Origin: Macrostomum hystrix | Taxonomy: Eukaryota > Animalia > Platyhelminthes | Assembly: GCA_950097015.1 (NCBI GenBank) | Contig: CATNEN010000007.1 | Coordinates: forward strand, 3,348,001-3,412,000 | Direction of reading: 5' to 3' | Length of the DNA stretch: 64,000 nt | Part shown: one piece after another, positions 1 through 11,694 of the stretch | Layout of the letters: every line of letters begins with the position of its first letter | Position numbering within the stretch: the first letter of the stretch is position 1 | Translations under genes and position numbers: made by a program | Notes under the pieces: generated by a model | Databases searched by the model: none | What the model saw: only the letters and a program-made list of their open reading frames with translations | Told to the model about the DNA's origin: nothing

Positions 1-3000
1 CCCCGTTGTCCCCAGTCGAGCCTCATCGGCAAGGGCTTCTACAACCTCACCAAGCTGGAGCTGCTGGACTGTCTGCTGCAGCCGGACACGCTGCGAACGT
101 TTGGCGACTCGACCCGGGCCTGCCGCACCCTCACTGAGATTGTGCTGGACTTTAATGAGTAAGTGCGGATGTGATTTCTTGCCCATTTTAACAAGTCCGT
201 TATAACAAATATTTTCTCTTAAAAATTCAGATTCTCAGATGAGGGATGCAAAGAACTCTGCCTTGGCTTAATTGGCAATAAATACTTAAAGACACTCAGC
301 TTGTGCTACTGCGATCTCACCTACCTCAGCGGGAAATGCCTGGGTACTTTGGTGTCTCAGTCGGCTGTAGTGTAAGTCGCATTTTCATTGCCCTTCAACT
401 TGCCTTTTTAGCAATTTTTTTACGAACGACTTTTCATATTAATCACCATAAAATTCACGGACAGTGACCTCTTTCTTGACGGCAACGAATTGGAAGCTGA
501 GGGAGTCATCTATCTGGTGGATGCTCTCGCCGACTACGCTGAAGACGAGGCCAAGCGACGAGAAGAGGAAGCTCAGCGCAAGCTTCAGGAGGCCGCCGAG
601 AAAGCCCTGCAGAGTGAGCCGCCCGGGTTGGGAATTAAATGATTTTATAAATAGTTTTCAGGCTAGCTTGTTTTTTTCAAGGTCTTTCTTGCCCCTGATT
701 GGCTGGAATCCCTGGCCTAAGTATGGGTTCTTTTTTCAGACCTGTATCTAGCCGCTGATTGGCTGGCACTTATGCGCCACCTAGCGCTTTCTTTTCTGTG
801 CTCTATCTAGCCGCTGATTGGCTGGAATCCCCGGCATGGGCGCATATTGTTTTCTGAGCCCGATCTAGCCTCTGATTGGCTGGCACCCTTCTCGTAAAGT
901 AGGGCATTCACTTGACTATTATAACCTGCTGATTGACTAACCCTGGCGTATTTATTAGTCTGGATTAAGGGTAGCCTTATTTAGCCGCAAACATTCTGAC
1001 ACCCTGCCAGGAATTGGTTTGTTACCAGTCCTTATCTTGTCCCCCAATTAGCTGGTAGCCTATTGTTTTCATCAGACTGGAATAAATTAGCCCTGTTTTC
1101 CCGAGAGGCATTGAGGTTTTTCTAACTGGATTATTCGCTGGCTAAACTGCTAGATAGCCACTCATGCCTAAAACAAACAAAATTGCTTCTATTAAAGAAT
1201 AAGGGGACTAACCATGCAACAAATAATATATTCTTGCACTTTCAGCCACAAAGAATCCTTACCACTACGAAACATCCAGGCGTAGCATTGGCAGTGCGAG
1301 TTTTATCTGTTTTAATTTCATGTTTTGTTTATCATTTTCAGTTATTTTTGTTTTATTCCTTTCAACAAATAAGTTTTTTATTAGATTTTTTGCCGGACGT
1401 GTCTAAAAGTCAGCTGGAACTCCTTTACTAAAAATATTTTAGTTTTTGCAACTTGAAGTTATGCAAAAGTTATGCACGCCAGGAATTTTCAAAGATTTTT
1501 CTTTCATGCTACTGCAAGTAGCAATAAACTAATTAATTGGTCCATTGTTCAATGAATGCCTTAAAAACCGTTTTCAGGCGCCTCAGAGGCGAAGCCCGAT
1601 TCCGCTGCGTCATCCAAGAAGGGCGGCAAAAAGGGCGGCAAAAAGGGCGGCAAAAAGGGCGGCAAAAAGGGCGGAAAGAAGGGCGGAAAGAAGAAAGGAA
1701 AGAGAGGTGAGTGAGGCGTTTCCTGGGTGTTTTTTTACTTTCTCGGAATGCTTGATTCGTAAAATTCTCGCCAACCTGGACGATTCAAATCTGATAATCC
1801 CGAATTCCTTATTTGAGTCCTGACACCCTGAAATTCCCGACATCCTGAAAGTCCCGACACTCTAAAAACCCTGACACCCTGAAATTCCTGACACCCTGAA
1901 AGTCCTGACACTCTAAAAAACCTGACACCCTGAAAGTCCTGAGACCCTGAAAACCCTGACACCCTGAAAGTCCCGAGACCCTGAAAGTCATGACACTCTA
2001 AAAACCCTGACACACTGAAATTCCTGGCACCCTGAAAGTCCTGACACTCTAAAAACCCTGACACTCTAAAAACCCTGACACCCTGAAAGTCCTGACACTC
2101 TAAAAACCCTGACACCCTGAAAGTCCTGACAACCTGAAATTCCTGGCACCCTGAAAGTCCTGACACTCTAAAAACCCTGACACCCTGAAAGTCCTGACAC
2201 TCTAAAAACCCTGACACACTGAAATTCCTGGCACCCTGAAAGTCCTGACACTCTAAAAACCCTGACACTCTAAAAACCCTGACACCCTGAAAGTCCTGAC
2301 ACTCTAAAAACCCTGACACTCTAAAAACCCTGACACCCTGAAAGTCCTGACACTCTAAAAACCCTGACACCCTGAAAGTCCTGACAACCTGAAATTCCTG
2401 ACACCCTGAAATTCCTGACACCCTGAAAGTCCTGACACTCTAAAAACCCTGACACCCTGAAAGTCCTGACAACCTGAAATTCCTGACAGCCTGAAAGTCC
2501 TGACAAAATTCCATTTCTTTGTTTATATTGAACATCAACGGACAAAATGGATTCAGAAGACGATGATAGTGACATCGAAGACAATGGTAATAAATGTGGA
2601 AATAATTAACAGGAGATCATTTATAGAAATTCACTTTCGTTGCTTTTCTTTTTCTTGTATTACAAAGACAGATTTCTGAAAATTCTGAGCGTGACTGACT
2701 AAATGCATGTATTAACTTCTATCGATCTTTCGCCCTATTCATATGAACGCAGAGTAATTTTGTTTAAATTAACATTTCAGCCGTTTAAAATTCGAAAAAG
2801 GTGAACTATAAAATATAATTTATTTTGCACTTCTATTGCGTGCAACTCGCGATAGAATTTCCTACATAATCAACAGCATCCAATAATCGAGTAATCAGTT
2901 AGTATCCTTAAGTCGGTCAGTTAGCGTCACGTACAATGAGTTCACCATCCAGTTACAAAGCAGATTTATTTACATTTTCAGTTTTTTTTTAAATTCACTT

Positions 3001-4454
3001 GGCCTTTTGCAGCAGGTCCCAATGCATCTTCTGGACTGGTTTCAGATAGATGAAAAAACCTTCTCAGTTTTGTTTTTCTCCAATTATTTTTAATAGAATT
3101 GCAATTTTTGACGTTCGAGATACTACTTATAGTAGGCGAATAGAAAACATTTTTTAATATGAAAACATTTTAATTTAAATAAATTTAATAAAAATAAAGC
3201 AATTTCCATTGCGAGCAGGCCGTCGGAAGAAGCCAGTTGAGCGGCCCGCCATCGAGCCGGTGATTCGCAAGCTGCACCTGGCCGACAACGGCATCGACCA
3301 GGTCGGCAGGGGCGCCAATTTTGTCTGCTTGAAATGCGTCATTCGGCTGGGAAAGTGAGTGCCACGGCCTGCCGGACTGTGTGCTCAATGCATTTTGGGG
3401 AATCTATCGGGAGATGAAGCTAGAAAGGAATCCCAAAAAACTTAAGGTAATCCCAACAAACTTAAGAGGAAATCCAAAAAAAAATTTAGGGTAATCCCTA
3501 AAACTTAAATGATATCCCAAAATGCTAAAAAAGAAACCAAGAGGGAATCCAAATAAACTTAAGGGAATCCAAACAAACTTGAGGGAATCCAAACAAACTT
3601 GAGGGAATCCAAACATACTTGAGGGAATCCCAACAAACTTAAGAGGAATCCAAAAAATCTTTAGGAGAAAAAAACACAGGGAAATCCCAACAAAGTTGAG
3701 GAAATCCCAAAAAATTTAAGGAAATCCCAACAAAGTTGAGGAAATCCCAACAAAGTTGAGGAAATCCCAACAAAGTTAAGGAAATCCCAACAAAGTTGAG
3801 AAAATCCCAAAAAGTTTAGCGAATCCTGACAAACTTGAGGGGAATCGCAAAAAACTTAAGTAGAATCCCAAAAATAGGAAATCCCAAAAAATTACATTTC
3901 CAAATTATGTTAAAATTACTTGAAATTTTTTGAAGTTTTCTTTGAAGCTGTCCTAAAAAACTGACTGAAACAATGAGTCCTATGCTACATATCAAACAGC
4001 GTCGTGAGCTGCTCCAAGACTCTGGAGGAGCTGGACCTGTGGGGAAACGACATTGGCGACGTCGGCGGTCGGCTTGTATTCGAGTTCCTGCAGGCCCGCA
4101 AAGAAGGTGAGCTTGGGAGAGAGAACGTCAGTTAAAAACCGGATGCACCTTCTGCACTTTCTACCCCTTCTACCCCTTCTAACCTTTCTACCCCCTCTAC
4201 CTTTTCTACCCCTTCTACCCCTTCTACCCTTTCTGCCCTTTCTACCCGGTTTACCCTTTCTACCCCTTTCTACCCCTCTGCCCCTTCTTCTGACCCATAT
4301 TTCCATCATCGGTTCCCTTTCAGCCAAGCTGCCCTCGATGTCGCTGCGTGTTGGACCACGAATGAACTCGGAGACATTCTCCAACATTCAGAAGCTCGGC
4401 TCCGGCCTCAAGAAGAGGAAGCGAGCCAGACGGGGCCGCAAGAAGAAGAAGTGA
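1..4454 (+). CDS. RNI-like leucine-rich-repeat protein, 3' part (5' end outside window), with (KKGG)n and a basic C-terminal tail
   Basis: Exons 1-158, 231-371, 465-613, 1246-1293, 1578-1706, 3219-3354, 4000-4106 and 4324-4454 have GT-AG boundaries and consistent phases. The translation shows LRR motifs: LTKLELLDC, LTEIVLDFNEFSDEGCKEL, LKTLSLCYCDL, DLFLDGNELEAEG, IRKLHLADNGI, LEELDLWGNDIGDVGG. It ends GLKKRKRARRGRKKKK*. Confidence 0.85.
1820..2505. repeat. Intronic minisatellite, 17-19 bp units (cctgacaccctgaaagt / cctgacactctaaaaac)
   Basis: Tandem copies visible directly, within an LRR gene intron. Confidence 0.95.
3420..3880. repeat. Degenerate ~20-bp minisatellite (gggaatccaaacaaacttga)
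   Basis: Tandem copies visible directly, within an LRR gene intron. Confidence 0.85.
4160..4290. repeat. 9-bp pyrimidine-rich repeat (ttctacccc)
   Basis: Tandem copies in the last LRR intron. Confidence 0.9.
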
Positions 4455-4739
4455 CCAATGAGTATCGCAGAACCTTCTTGGTAGCCTTGGTTGTCACACT
4501 TTCCTTTAGAATATCATTTGAGAATATTACTAGAATATTACTTGAGTCCACCTATTAACTGCTATTCTATGTACGTAATTTACTGACGCAAACGTTTATG
4601 TAAAGATAATACTTCGAGCCGTGAAATTTAATTTTTCTGACCTCACATTCCAAAGCAGCAGTACAACATTCATTATCAACCTATGCCGACCAAATCACAC
4701 CCCATCATCCACTACCATCCTCCTCCTTCTTGTCCATCT

Positions 4740-5186
4740 TCTCCCCTCTACCTTCTGCCCTCTACCTTCTCCCCTCTACCTTCTCCCCTCTACCTTCTGC
4801 CCTCTATTTTCTCCCCTCTACCTTCTGCCCTCTACCTTGTCCCCTCTACCTTCTGCCCTCTACCTTCTGCCCTCTACCTTCTCCCCTCTACCTTCTGCCC
4901 TCTACCTTCTGCCCTCTACCTTGTCCCCTCTACCTTCTGCCCTCTACCTTCTCCCCTCTACCTTCTCCCCTCTACCTTCTGCCCTCTACCTTCTCACCTC
5001 TACCTTCTGCCCTCTACCTTCTGCCCTCTACCTTGTCCCCTCTACCTTCTGCCCTCTACCTTCTCACCTCTACCTTCTCCCCTCTACCTTCTGCCCTCTA
5101 CCTTCTCCCCTCTACCTTCTGCCCTCTATCTTCCCCCATTTACCTTCTCCCCTTTATCTTCTCCCCTCTATCTTCTCCCATCTACC
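4740..5186. repeat. 14-bp minisatellite (tctaccttctgccc / tctaccttctcccc), left of the Gypsy element
   Basis: Tandem copies that end exactly at the LTR TG. Confidence 0.95.
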
Positions 5187-5341
5187 TGTTGTGCAGTTGA
5201 TTAATGCACGTACATAGTTCGTACATGTACACCTCTGATATCGATTGGCGCAGAATATATATATTCCAAATACTGAGAGCCAACTTGGCGTGAAAGTTTC
5301 GGATACTAACTTGGCTGACTCGCTACTATTCATTTACAACA
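5187..5341 (+). mobile_element. 5' LTR (155 bp) of a Ty3/Gypsy element
   Basis: Begins TGTTGT and ends ACAACA (inverted termini). It is followed after 1 nt by a PBS-like TGGCATCG (5343), and gag starts at 5473. Confidence 0.8.
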
Positions 5342-5472
5342 TTGGCATCGCAAGCTCAAGCGAACACCCACCCCAATAAGCCGGGGTCGGAGTAGACTGA
5401 AGTGAAGTGACTGCAAGCCTGCCAAGCCAAGAGTAAACAACAGCGCCAAACTGCAAAAGTGCAAACTGAAAC

Positions 5473-8455
5473 ATGACGAGTGACAGCAACTCAGCAGAAG
5501 CGCCGCGGATCAGCGTATCGCCGCCGGATCAATTCCTGCCGCAGCCGGGCCGACCGGCGAGGCCGTGGAAAGAGTGGAAGGCCCTCTTTGAGAACTACTT
5601 ACTTGCGGCCGGCTACGACACTTTGCCGGAAGCGAGGAGGCGCGCGCTGTTGCTGCACTGCCTTGGCGCGGAAGGGCAGCGAGTCTTTGCGGCTGTGGCA
5701 GCAACGAAGAGGCCGAGTCCGACAGAACTCGCGGCGACAGTCGCGATTCTGGACGAGCAGTTCGGAGCCAAAGTCAACGTGGTGGCGGAGCGCCACAAGT
5801 TTCGGCAGCGCAGTCAGCGTCCGGGTGAAAAGATTGCGGACTTCGTGGCGGCTCTGTATGCTCTGGCTGGCTCATGTGAGTTCCGCGACATGATGGAAGA
5901 AATGATCCGCGACCAGATCGTGGAGAAGGTCAGCGACAGGCGAATTCGAGAGCGCTTGCTGATCGAGGACGGCCTGACGCTGCAGAAGGCAGTGACGCTG
6001 AGCCAGCAATGGGAGACCAGCATCGCTGAGGCCAGCGCGATAGAGACGGAAGGCGCAGCCGCGGCCGGAGCACAGCTGGAAGAAGAGGTGAAGAGAGTCC
6101 GACTACAACCAGACAGGAAGAACACAGGACAAGGGCGACCAGATCGAGAGTCATGCTCCAAGTGCGGAGGCGGGCACAACAGACGAGCCCGGTGTCCAGC
6201 TGAAGGCAAGTGTTGTCATGTCTGCGGGAAGGCGAACCATTTCGGCCGGATGTGCAGGTCGCAGGGCGCCAAGGTCGCCGAGGTCATGGACGAGAGCGGC
6301 CAAGCCGTGTACATGGTGCGCGGCGCCTCCAGTCCCGACATCCGCTGCCGGCTGAAGGTGCATGGCATCTGGCTGAATCTGCTTGTAGACTCGGGAGCCA
6401 AGGTGTCCATCCTGTCAGAGAGGACCTTAAGGAAGCTCGGAAACCGGTCGCCACTCCAGCCGTCGACCAAGAAACTCATCGCGTACAACGGCAAGGCAAT
6501 CGATGTCGTCGGCGAGGCGGTGCTGTCCGTCAGCTATCGCGGCCAGCTGGTGCCATTTTTCTGCTTTACCGTGGTACGGCAAGGCTCCGACATCATGGGA
6601 ACGGATCTGATGCAGCACCTCAGCTTCCAGGTGGTGGACAAGGACGGCGACCTCGTGCGCACAGTCGAAAAAACGGCAGAGCTACCGGTCTGGCTGGCCG
6701 AGCGCTTCAAGCCACTGACGCAGGGACTCGGGCGGATCCGAGGATTCGAGCACCGGCCCAGGCTGAACCCCGCCGTGCCCCCGGTGGCGCAATCGCTACG
6801 CCGCATCCCACTTAGCATCAAAGACAAAGTCCAGGCGGAGATTGACCAGCTGCTGGAGGATGACATCATCGAGGAGATCCAGGCTTCAGAGTGGATTTCG
6901 AACCTGGTGATCGTCCCGAAGTCTGATGGCAAAATCAGGGTCTGCAATGACCTCAGGTGCCCAAACAAGGCCATAGTTCCGGATAAGCAGCCGCTGCCGA
7001 CATTCGAGGAGCTGACAACGGAGTTCAAGGGCTCGACCGTGTTCACTAAGCTGGATTTAAATTCTTCGTATCTGCAGTTGGAGCTAGCAGAAGATAGGCG
7101 GGACTTAACGGCCTTCATTACGGAGAAAGGGCTGTACCGGTACAAGCGCGTATGCTATGGCCTAAACAGCGCCCCGGCGGCCTTCCAGAAAGTTCTCAGC
7201 AAGATTCTCCATGGCTGTTCCGGGACGCTGCACTACATCGACGACATAGTGGTGCACGCTGCCAACGAGGCGGAGCACCTGCGGCGGCTCACGACAGTGC
7301 TGGACAAGCTGCTCGCCCATGGCGTCACGCTCAACGCCTCAAAGTGCCAGTGGGCTGCAGAGACAGTGCAGTTCCTGGGCTACATCGTCTCCGCGAGAGG
7401 ACTTCAGCCGATGCAGTCTAACGTTGAAGACATCGAGGTGGTGCCGGAGCCCCAGAACGCCGAGGCAGTGGCCTCATTTCTGGGAATGGTTAAATTCTAT
7501 TCCAACTTTCTGCACAACCTGTCCGACATCGCCGAGCCGCTGCTGCTGCTACTTCGCAAAGAGCAGCCCTGGAACTGGACAACAGATTGCCAAAAGGCCT
7601 TTTGGAGGCTCAAGAAGATGGTGGTGTCCCCAACATGCTTGCGATTCTTCAGTCCCGACGACAAGATCATCGTGGCCTGCGACAGCTCCGCGCACGCTCT
7701 GGGGGCCGTGCTGATGCAAGACGACAGCGCCGGGGTTCGAAGACCAGTCGCTTTTGCGTCAAGGACCCTGTCAGCGACCGAGCGGCAAGTACTCCGCATC
7801 AGAGAGAGAGGCTCTCGCGTGCATCTTCGCGTGCGAGAGATGGCACTATTTCCTGTTCGGCCGGAGATTCGAGCTGCACACGGACCACCAGGCTCTGACG
7901 ACGCTGCTGACGGCTCAAGGCAGCGGCCACCGGCCTCTGCGGCTTCATCGATGGGCCGACCGCCTGCTCGCGTACGACTTCCAAGTCTGCCACGTTCCTG
8001 GCAAGAAGAACATCGTGCCAGATTTTTTGTCGCGCCACGGCGCTCTCGAAGGAAAATGCCCAAGGCAAAGCGAAGAGGACTCGACCGAGCTCAAAGTGAA
8101 TGCCGTACTGCTATCGGGCGCGCTGGAGATTGTCAGTCCAAGCGAACTGGCCGAGGCATCCCTGCAGGACCCGGTGATCAATGATGCGGTCACAATGACG
8201 CTCCAGGGGTGGCCTAACTCCATCAAGCAGCTGAAGCCGGAGCTGCAGCCGTTCTGGAGGATGCGGACGCAACTGGCGCTCTGGAATGACGGCAAGTGCC
8301 TGGCCAACGGCACCCGAGCAGTAATCCCCGCATCCCTGAGGGAGAAGACGCTGCAGCTGGCGCATTTCGGGCACCTCGGCGTGAGCAAAATGAAGCAGCA
8401 TTGCCGGGACGCAGTCTGGTGGCCGCAAATCGATCAGCATATCGAGGAATTTGTG
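5473..8455 (+). pseudogene. gag-protease-RT-RNaseH-(partial integrase) polyprotein with a +1 frameshift at ~7783-7786
   Basis: Two Cys/His knuckles (CSKCGGGHNRRARC, CHVCGKANHFGRMC), protease LLVDSGA, RT YIDD, RNase H ACDSS. The second frame continues KYSASEREALAC...TDHQAL and LAHFGHLGVSKMKQHCRDAVWWP. Confidence 0.92.
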
Positions 8456-8760
8456 CTTCTCCTTCTTCCCTCTACCTTCTCCCCTCTACCTTCTGCCCTC
8501 TACCTTCTCACCTCTACCTTCTCCCCTCTACCTTCTGCCCTCTACCTTCTCACCTCTACCTTCTCCCCTCTACCTTCTGCCCTCTACCTTCTCCCCTCTA
8601 CCTTCTGCCCTCTATCTTCCCCCATTTACCTTCTCCCCTTTATCTTCTCCCCTCTATCTTCTCCCATCTACCTTCTCCCCTTTATCTTCTCCCCTCCATC
8701 TTCGTCCCTCTATCTTCTTCACTCTATCTTTCCTTCCTTGTCTCCCTCCATCTTCTCTCC
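8456..8760. repeat. 14-bp minisatellite, right of the Gypsy element (same family as 4740-5186)
   Basis: Same units as the left array; 8527-8672 is identical to 5041-5186. Confidence 0.95.
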
Positions 8761-9403
8761 TCCATCTTCTCCCCCACCTTTAATCTTGTCTGAACTGCTC
8801 CAGCTAAGCAAAGGCAGTTCAACAAAATGCAGTTTTTTCTTCAGATTCAAGAACTACCTTCTTGAAATAGGCTGAAAATAAAATAATAAAAGTACGATCC
8901 GCTTTCTGCGAAACACAGAGGCCAGACAGGCTCGCATGTCAAGGTGCCAATTTAATTTCATTGTCGCAGAGCCAATGGATTTTATGATCCAAAAAGATTT
9001 TCAGTGGTTTAATCAAACCACTCGCTAAGGTCTTAGGGCTAAAAAAGTCTACCTGGAATCCACAGGTACTACAATTTAACCCAATAAAGATAATCTAAGA
9101 AACTTAAACTTAGATAAAAGTTTAACGACTAAATCAACGGCGGCAGTGAGAGACAGACAGGACAGAGACACGGAGAGAGCGAGGACCGCGTGGCGTGGGC
9201 CGACACAGAAATAACTGGCCCACCGAGTAACTTCCCGGTTGCTGGCTAAGCTAAACTGGGTGGAGAGAATAAGAACTGCTCACAAATAGGAGCTTGCATT
9301 TCTGCTCATGACCAGGCTTGGTTGAGCAGAAACTGGTTGAGAGGTCATTGTGAGCCAGCGGGTCACTGACAAGTCCATCTCGACAGCTCATGACTGATTT
9401 GGA

Positions 9404-11694
9404 ATGACGGCGAATGAACTTGATAAGGTAGGTGATTTTTCTGTCCTGGCGGGGAAGTGAGGGTCATGCAGTCAGGTCACAGTGAGGGTCATGCAGTCAG
9501 GTCACAGTGAGGGTCATGCAGTCAGGTCACAGTGAGGGTCATGCAGTCAGGTCACAGTGAGGGTCATGCAGTCAGGTCACAGTGAGGGTCATGCAGTCAG
9601 GTCACAGTGAGGGTCATGCAGTCAGGTCACAGTGAGGGTCATGCAGTAATAAGTCACAGTGAGGGTCATGCAGTCAGGTCACAGTGGGGGTCATGCAGTC
9701 AGGTTACAGTGAGGGTCATGCAGTCGTACGTCCTAGTGAGGCTCATGCAGTTAGGTCATAGTGAGGCTCATGCAGTTAGGTCATAGTGAGGCTCATGCAG
9801 TTAGGTCATAGTGAGGCTCATGCAGTTAGGTCATAGTGAGGCTCATGCAGTTAGGTCACAGTGAGGGTCATGCAGTCAGGTCACAGTGAGGGTCATGCAG
9901 TCAGGTCACAGTGAGGGTCATGCAGTAATAAGTCACAGTGAGGGTCATGCAGTCAGGTTACAGTGAGGGTCATGCAGTCAGGTTACAGTGAGGGTCATGC
10001 AGTCAGGTCACAGTGAGGGTCATGCAGTAATAAGTCACAGTGAGGGTCATGCAGTCAGGTTACAGTGAGGGTCATGCAGTCGTACGTCATAGTGAGGCTC
10101 ATGCAGTTATGTCATAGTGAGGCTCATGCAGTTAGGTCATAGTGAGGCTCATGCAGTTAGGTCATAGTGAGGCTCATGCAGTTATGTCATAGTGAGGCTC
10201 ATGCAGTTAGGTCATAGTGAGGCTCATGCAGTTAGGTCATAGTGAGGCTCATGCAGTTAGGTCATAGTGAGGCTCATGCAGTTAGGTCATAGTGAGGCTC
10301 ATGCAGTTAGGTCATAGTGAGGCTCATGCAGTTAGGTCATAGTGAGGCTCATGCAGTTAGGTCATAGTGAGGCTCATGCAGTTAGGTCATAGTGAGGCTC
10401 ATGCAGTTAGGTCATAGTGAGGCTCATGCAGTTAGGTCATAGTGAGGCTCATGCAGTCATTTACGCAGTCATTCGTAATTTTGAGATTTTCCTTTCTTTC
10501 AAAAGTAAGAAAGTGAAAAGTTTTATCTGAACTCAACCAGGAGAATCGCAAACGAGTGCTGCTGCTGCTGCTGTTGCTGTCAGTGCTTCTGCTGCCCTCG
10601 CTGATGCTAACATTAAAGCTGCTCTCGGTGCAGAGAAGCTCAGCTGTTGAGGAGCAGCGCAGAGAGCTGGCAGGCGAGTCACGTGACTCGGAGCAGCGCG
10701 CGTGGCTCGTCTGCAAGGAGCGCTCGAACCGCACTGCGGCTGAAAGATTCGGTCGGCTGTTTTCTGAACTGGATGAAATAGTGTACGCGAACCATGCCAA
10801 CCTCTCAGCCGCAGACATGTTTTTGCACATTTGCGATGAAAACATAATAAGAAAAAGTGCCTATCAGCTGTGTCCGACTGTCGCTGTACTGGAATCCAGG
10901 CCACACGAACTGCCGGCAGCACAGATTCAGTACAACTGCCATTGCAAAATGGTCGATACGATCATTAGGAACCAAGTCTATCGGGGCAGGTGCACCCAGG
11001 TGAGCCTGCATTAGGCTCAAATAGCCCCAACGCACTCTACCACCCTAAGCAGCACTGACCTTACTCCAGTCCTTCACACCAGATACAACCTCATTCCAGT
11101 CCTCCACCGCCACAGCCACCTCACTCCAGTCCTTTACACCCGCACCAACTTTACTGGGTCACTCCAGTCCTCCACAGCCTCAGCCATCTCGCTCCAATCG
11201 TCCACCGCACCACCCACCTCACTCCAGTCTTCTACATTCACAGCCATCTCGCTCCAATCGTCCACCGCACCACCCACCTCACTCCAGTCCTCTACATTCA
11301 CAGCCATCTCGCTCCAATTGTCCACCGCACCACCCACCTCACTCCAGTCCTCCACAGCCTCAGCCATCTCGCTCCAATCGTCCACCGCACCACCCACCTC
11401 ACTCCAGTCTTCTACATTCACAGCCATCTCGCTCCAATCGTCCACCGCACCACCCACCTCACTCCAGTCCTCTACATTCACAGCCATCTCGCTCCACTCG
11501 TCCACCGCAGCACCCACCTCACTCCAGTCCTCTTACTCCGCCGCCCGCAGGAAACCCAGCTGGTCAGAGTCGTCCGCCTTCACGCTGATTCAAATATGCA
11601 AAACAGGTGTCCTGCAGGCACCTCTGCATTCGTCGGCGAGTGGGTACAGATTTCGGTCAACAAGAGTTGCACTTTTAGCACATTCCATCCCTAG
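9404..11694 (+). CDS. Secreted or signal-anchored cystine-knot protein, IL-17/PTTH/trunk-like (208 aa)
   Basis: Exons 9404-9427, 10541-10999 and 11551-11694 (all phase 0, GT-AG). A Leu-rich hydrophobic N-terminus precedes RKSAYQLCPTVAVLESRPHELPAAQIQYNCHC...CTQETQLVRVVRL...C...EWVQISVNKSCTF, which follows the IL-17 pattern (CPW...P.R.P......C.C...VLRR..C...V..GCTC). The family call is by motif recognition only. Confidence 0.7.
9467..10455. repeat. 25-bp minisatellite (agtgagggtcatgcagtcaggtcac; variant agtgaggctcatgcagttaggtcat)
   Basis: About 40 tandem copies in intron 1 of the IL-17-like gene, with the two variants in blocks. Confidence 0.97.
11060..11530. repeat. 60-bp minisatellite, intron 2 of the IL-17-like gene
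   Basis: Tandem copies; the repetitive 20-aa period in the overlapping ORFs matches a 60-bp unit. Confidence 0.93.

Larger units (their letters stand above)
5187..8455 (+). mobile_element. 3'-truncated Ty3/Gypsy (Mag-like) LTR retrotransposon
   Basis: One LTR plus gag-pol. The sequence breaks into minisatellite just after the integrase N-terminal H2C2 region. No integrase core, polypurine tract or 3' LTR is present. Confidence 0.93.

Noticed and set aside
7754-7800. Programmed ribosomal frameshift in pol
   Set aside because: It falls mid-RNase H with no slippery heptamer; a 1-nt insertion or sequencing error is the simpler explanation.
6210-8440. Overlapping alternative-frame and antisense ORFs within gag-pol and the GC-rich exons
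   Set aside because: Expected shadow ORFs in high-GC coding DNA, with no independent motifs.
8456-8875. Hydrophobic C-terminal extension of ORF 7754..8875
   Set aside because: Read-through from the truncated integrase into the flanking minisatellite.
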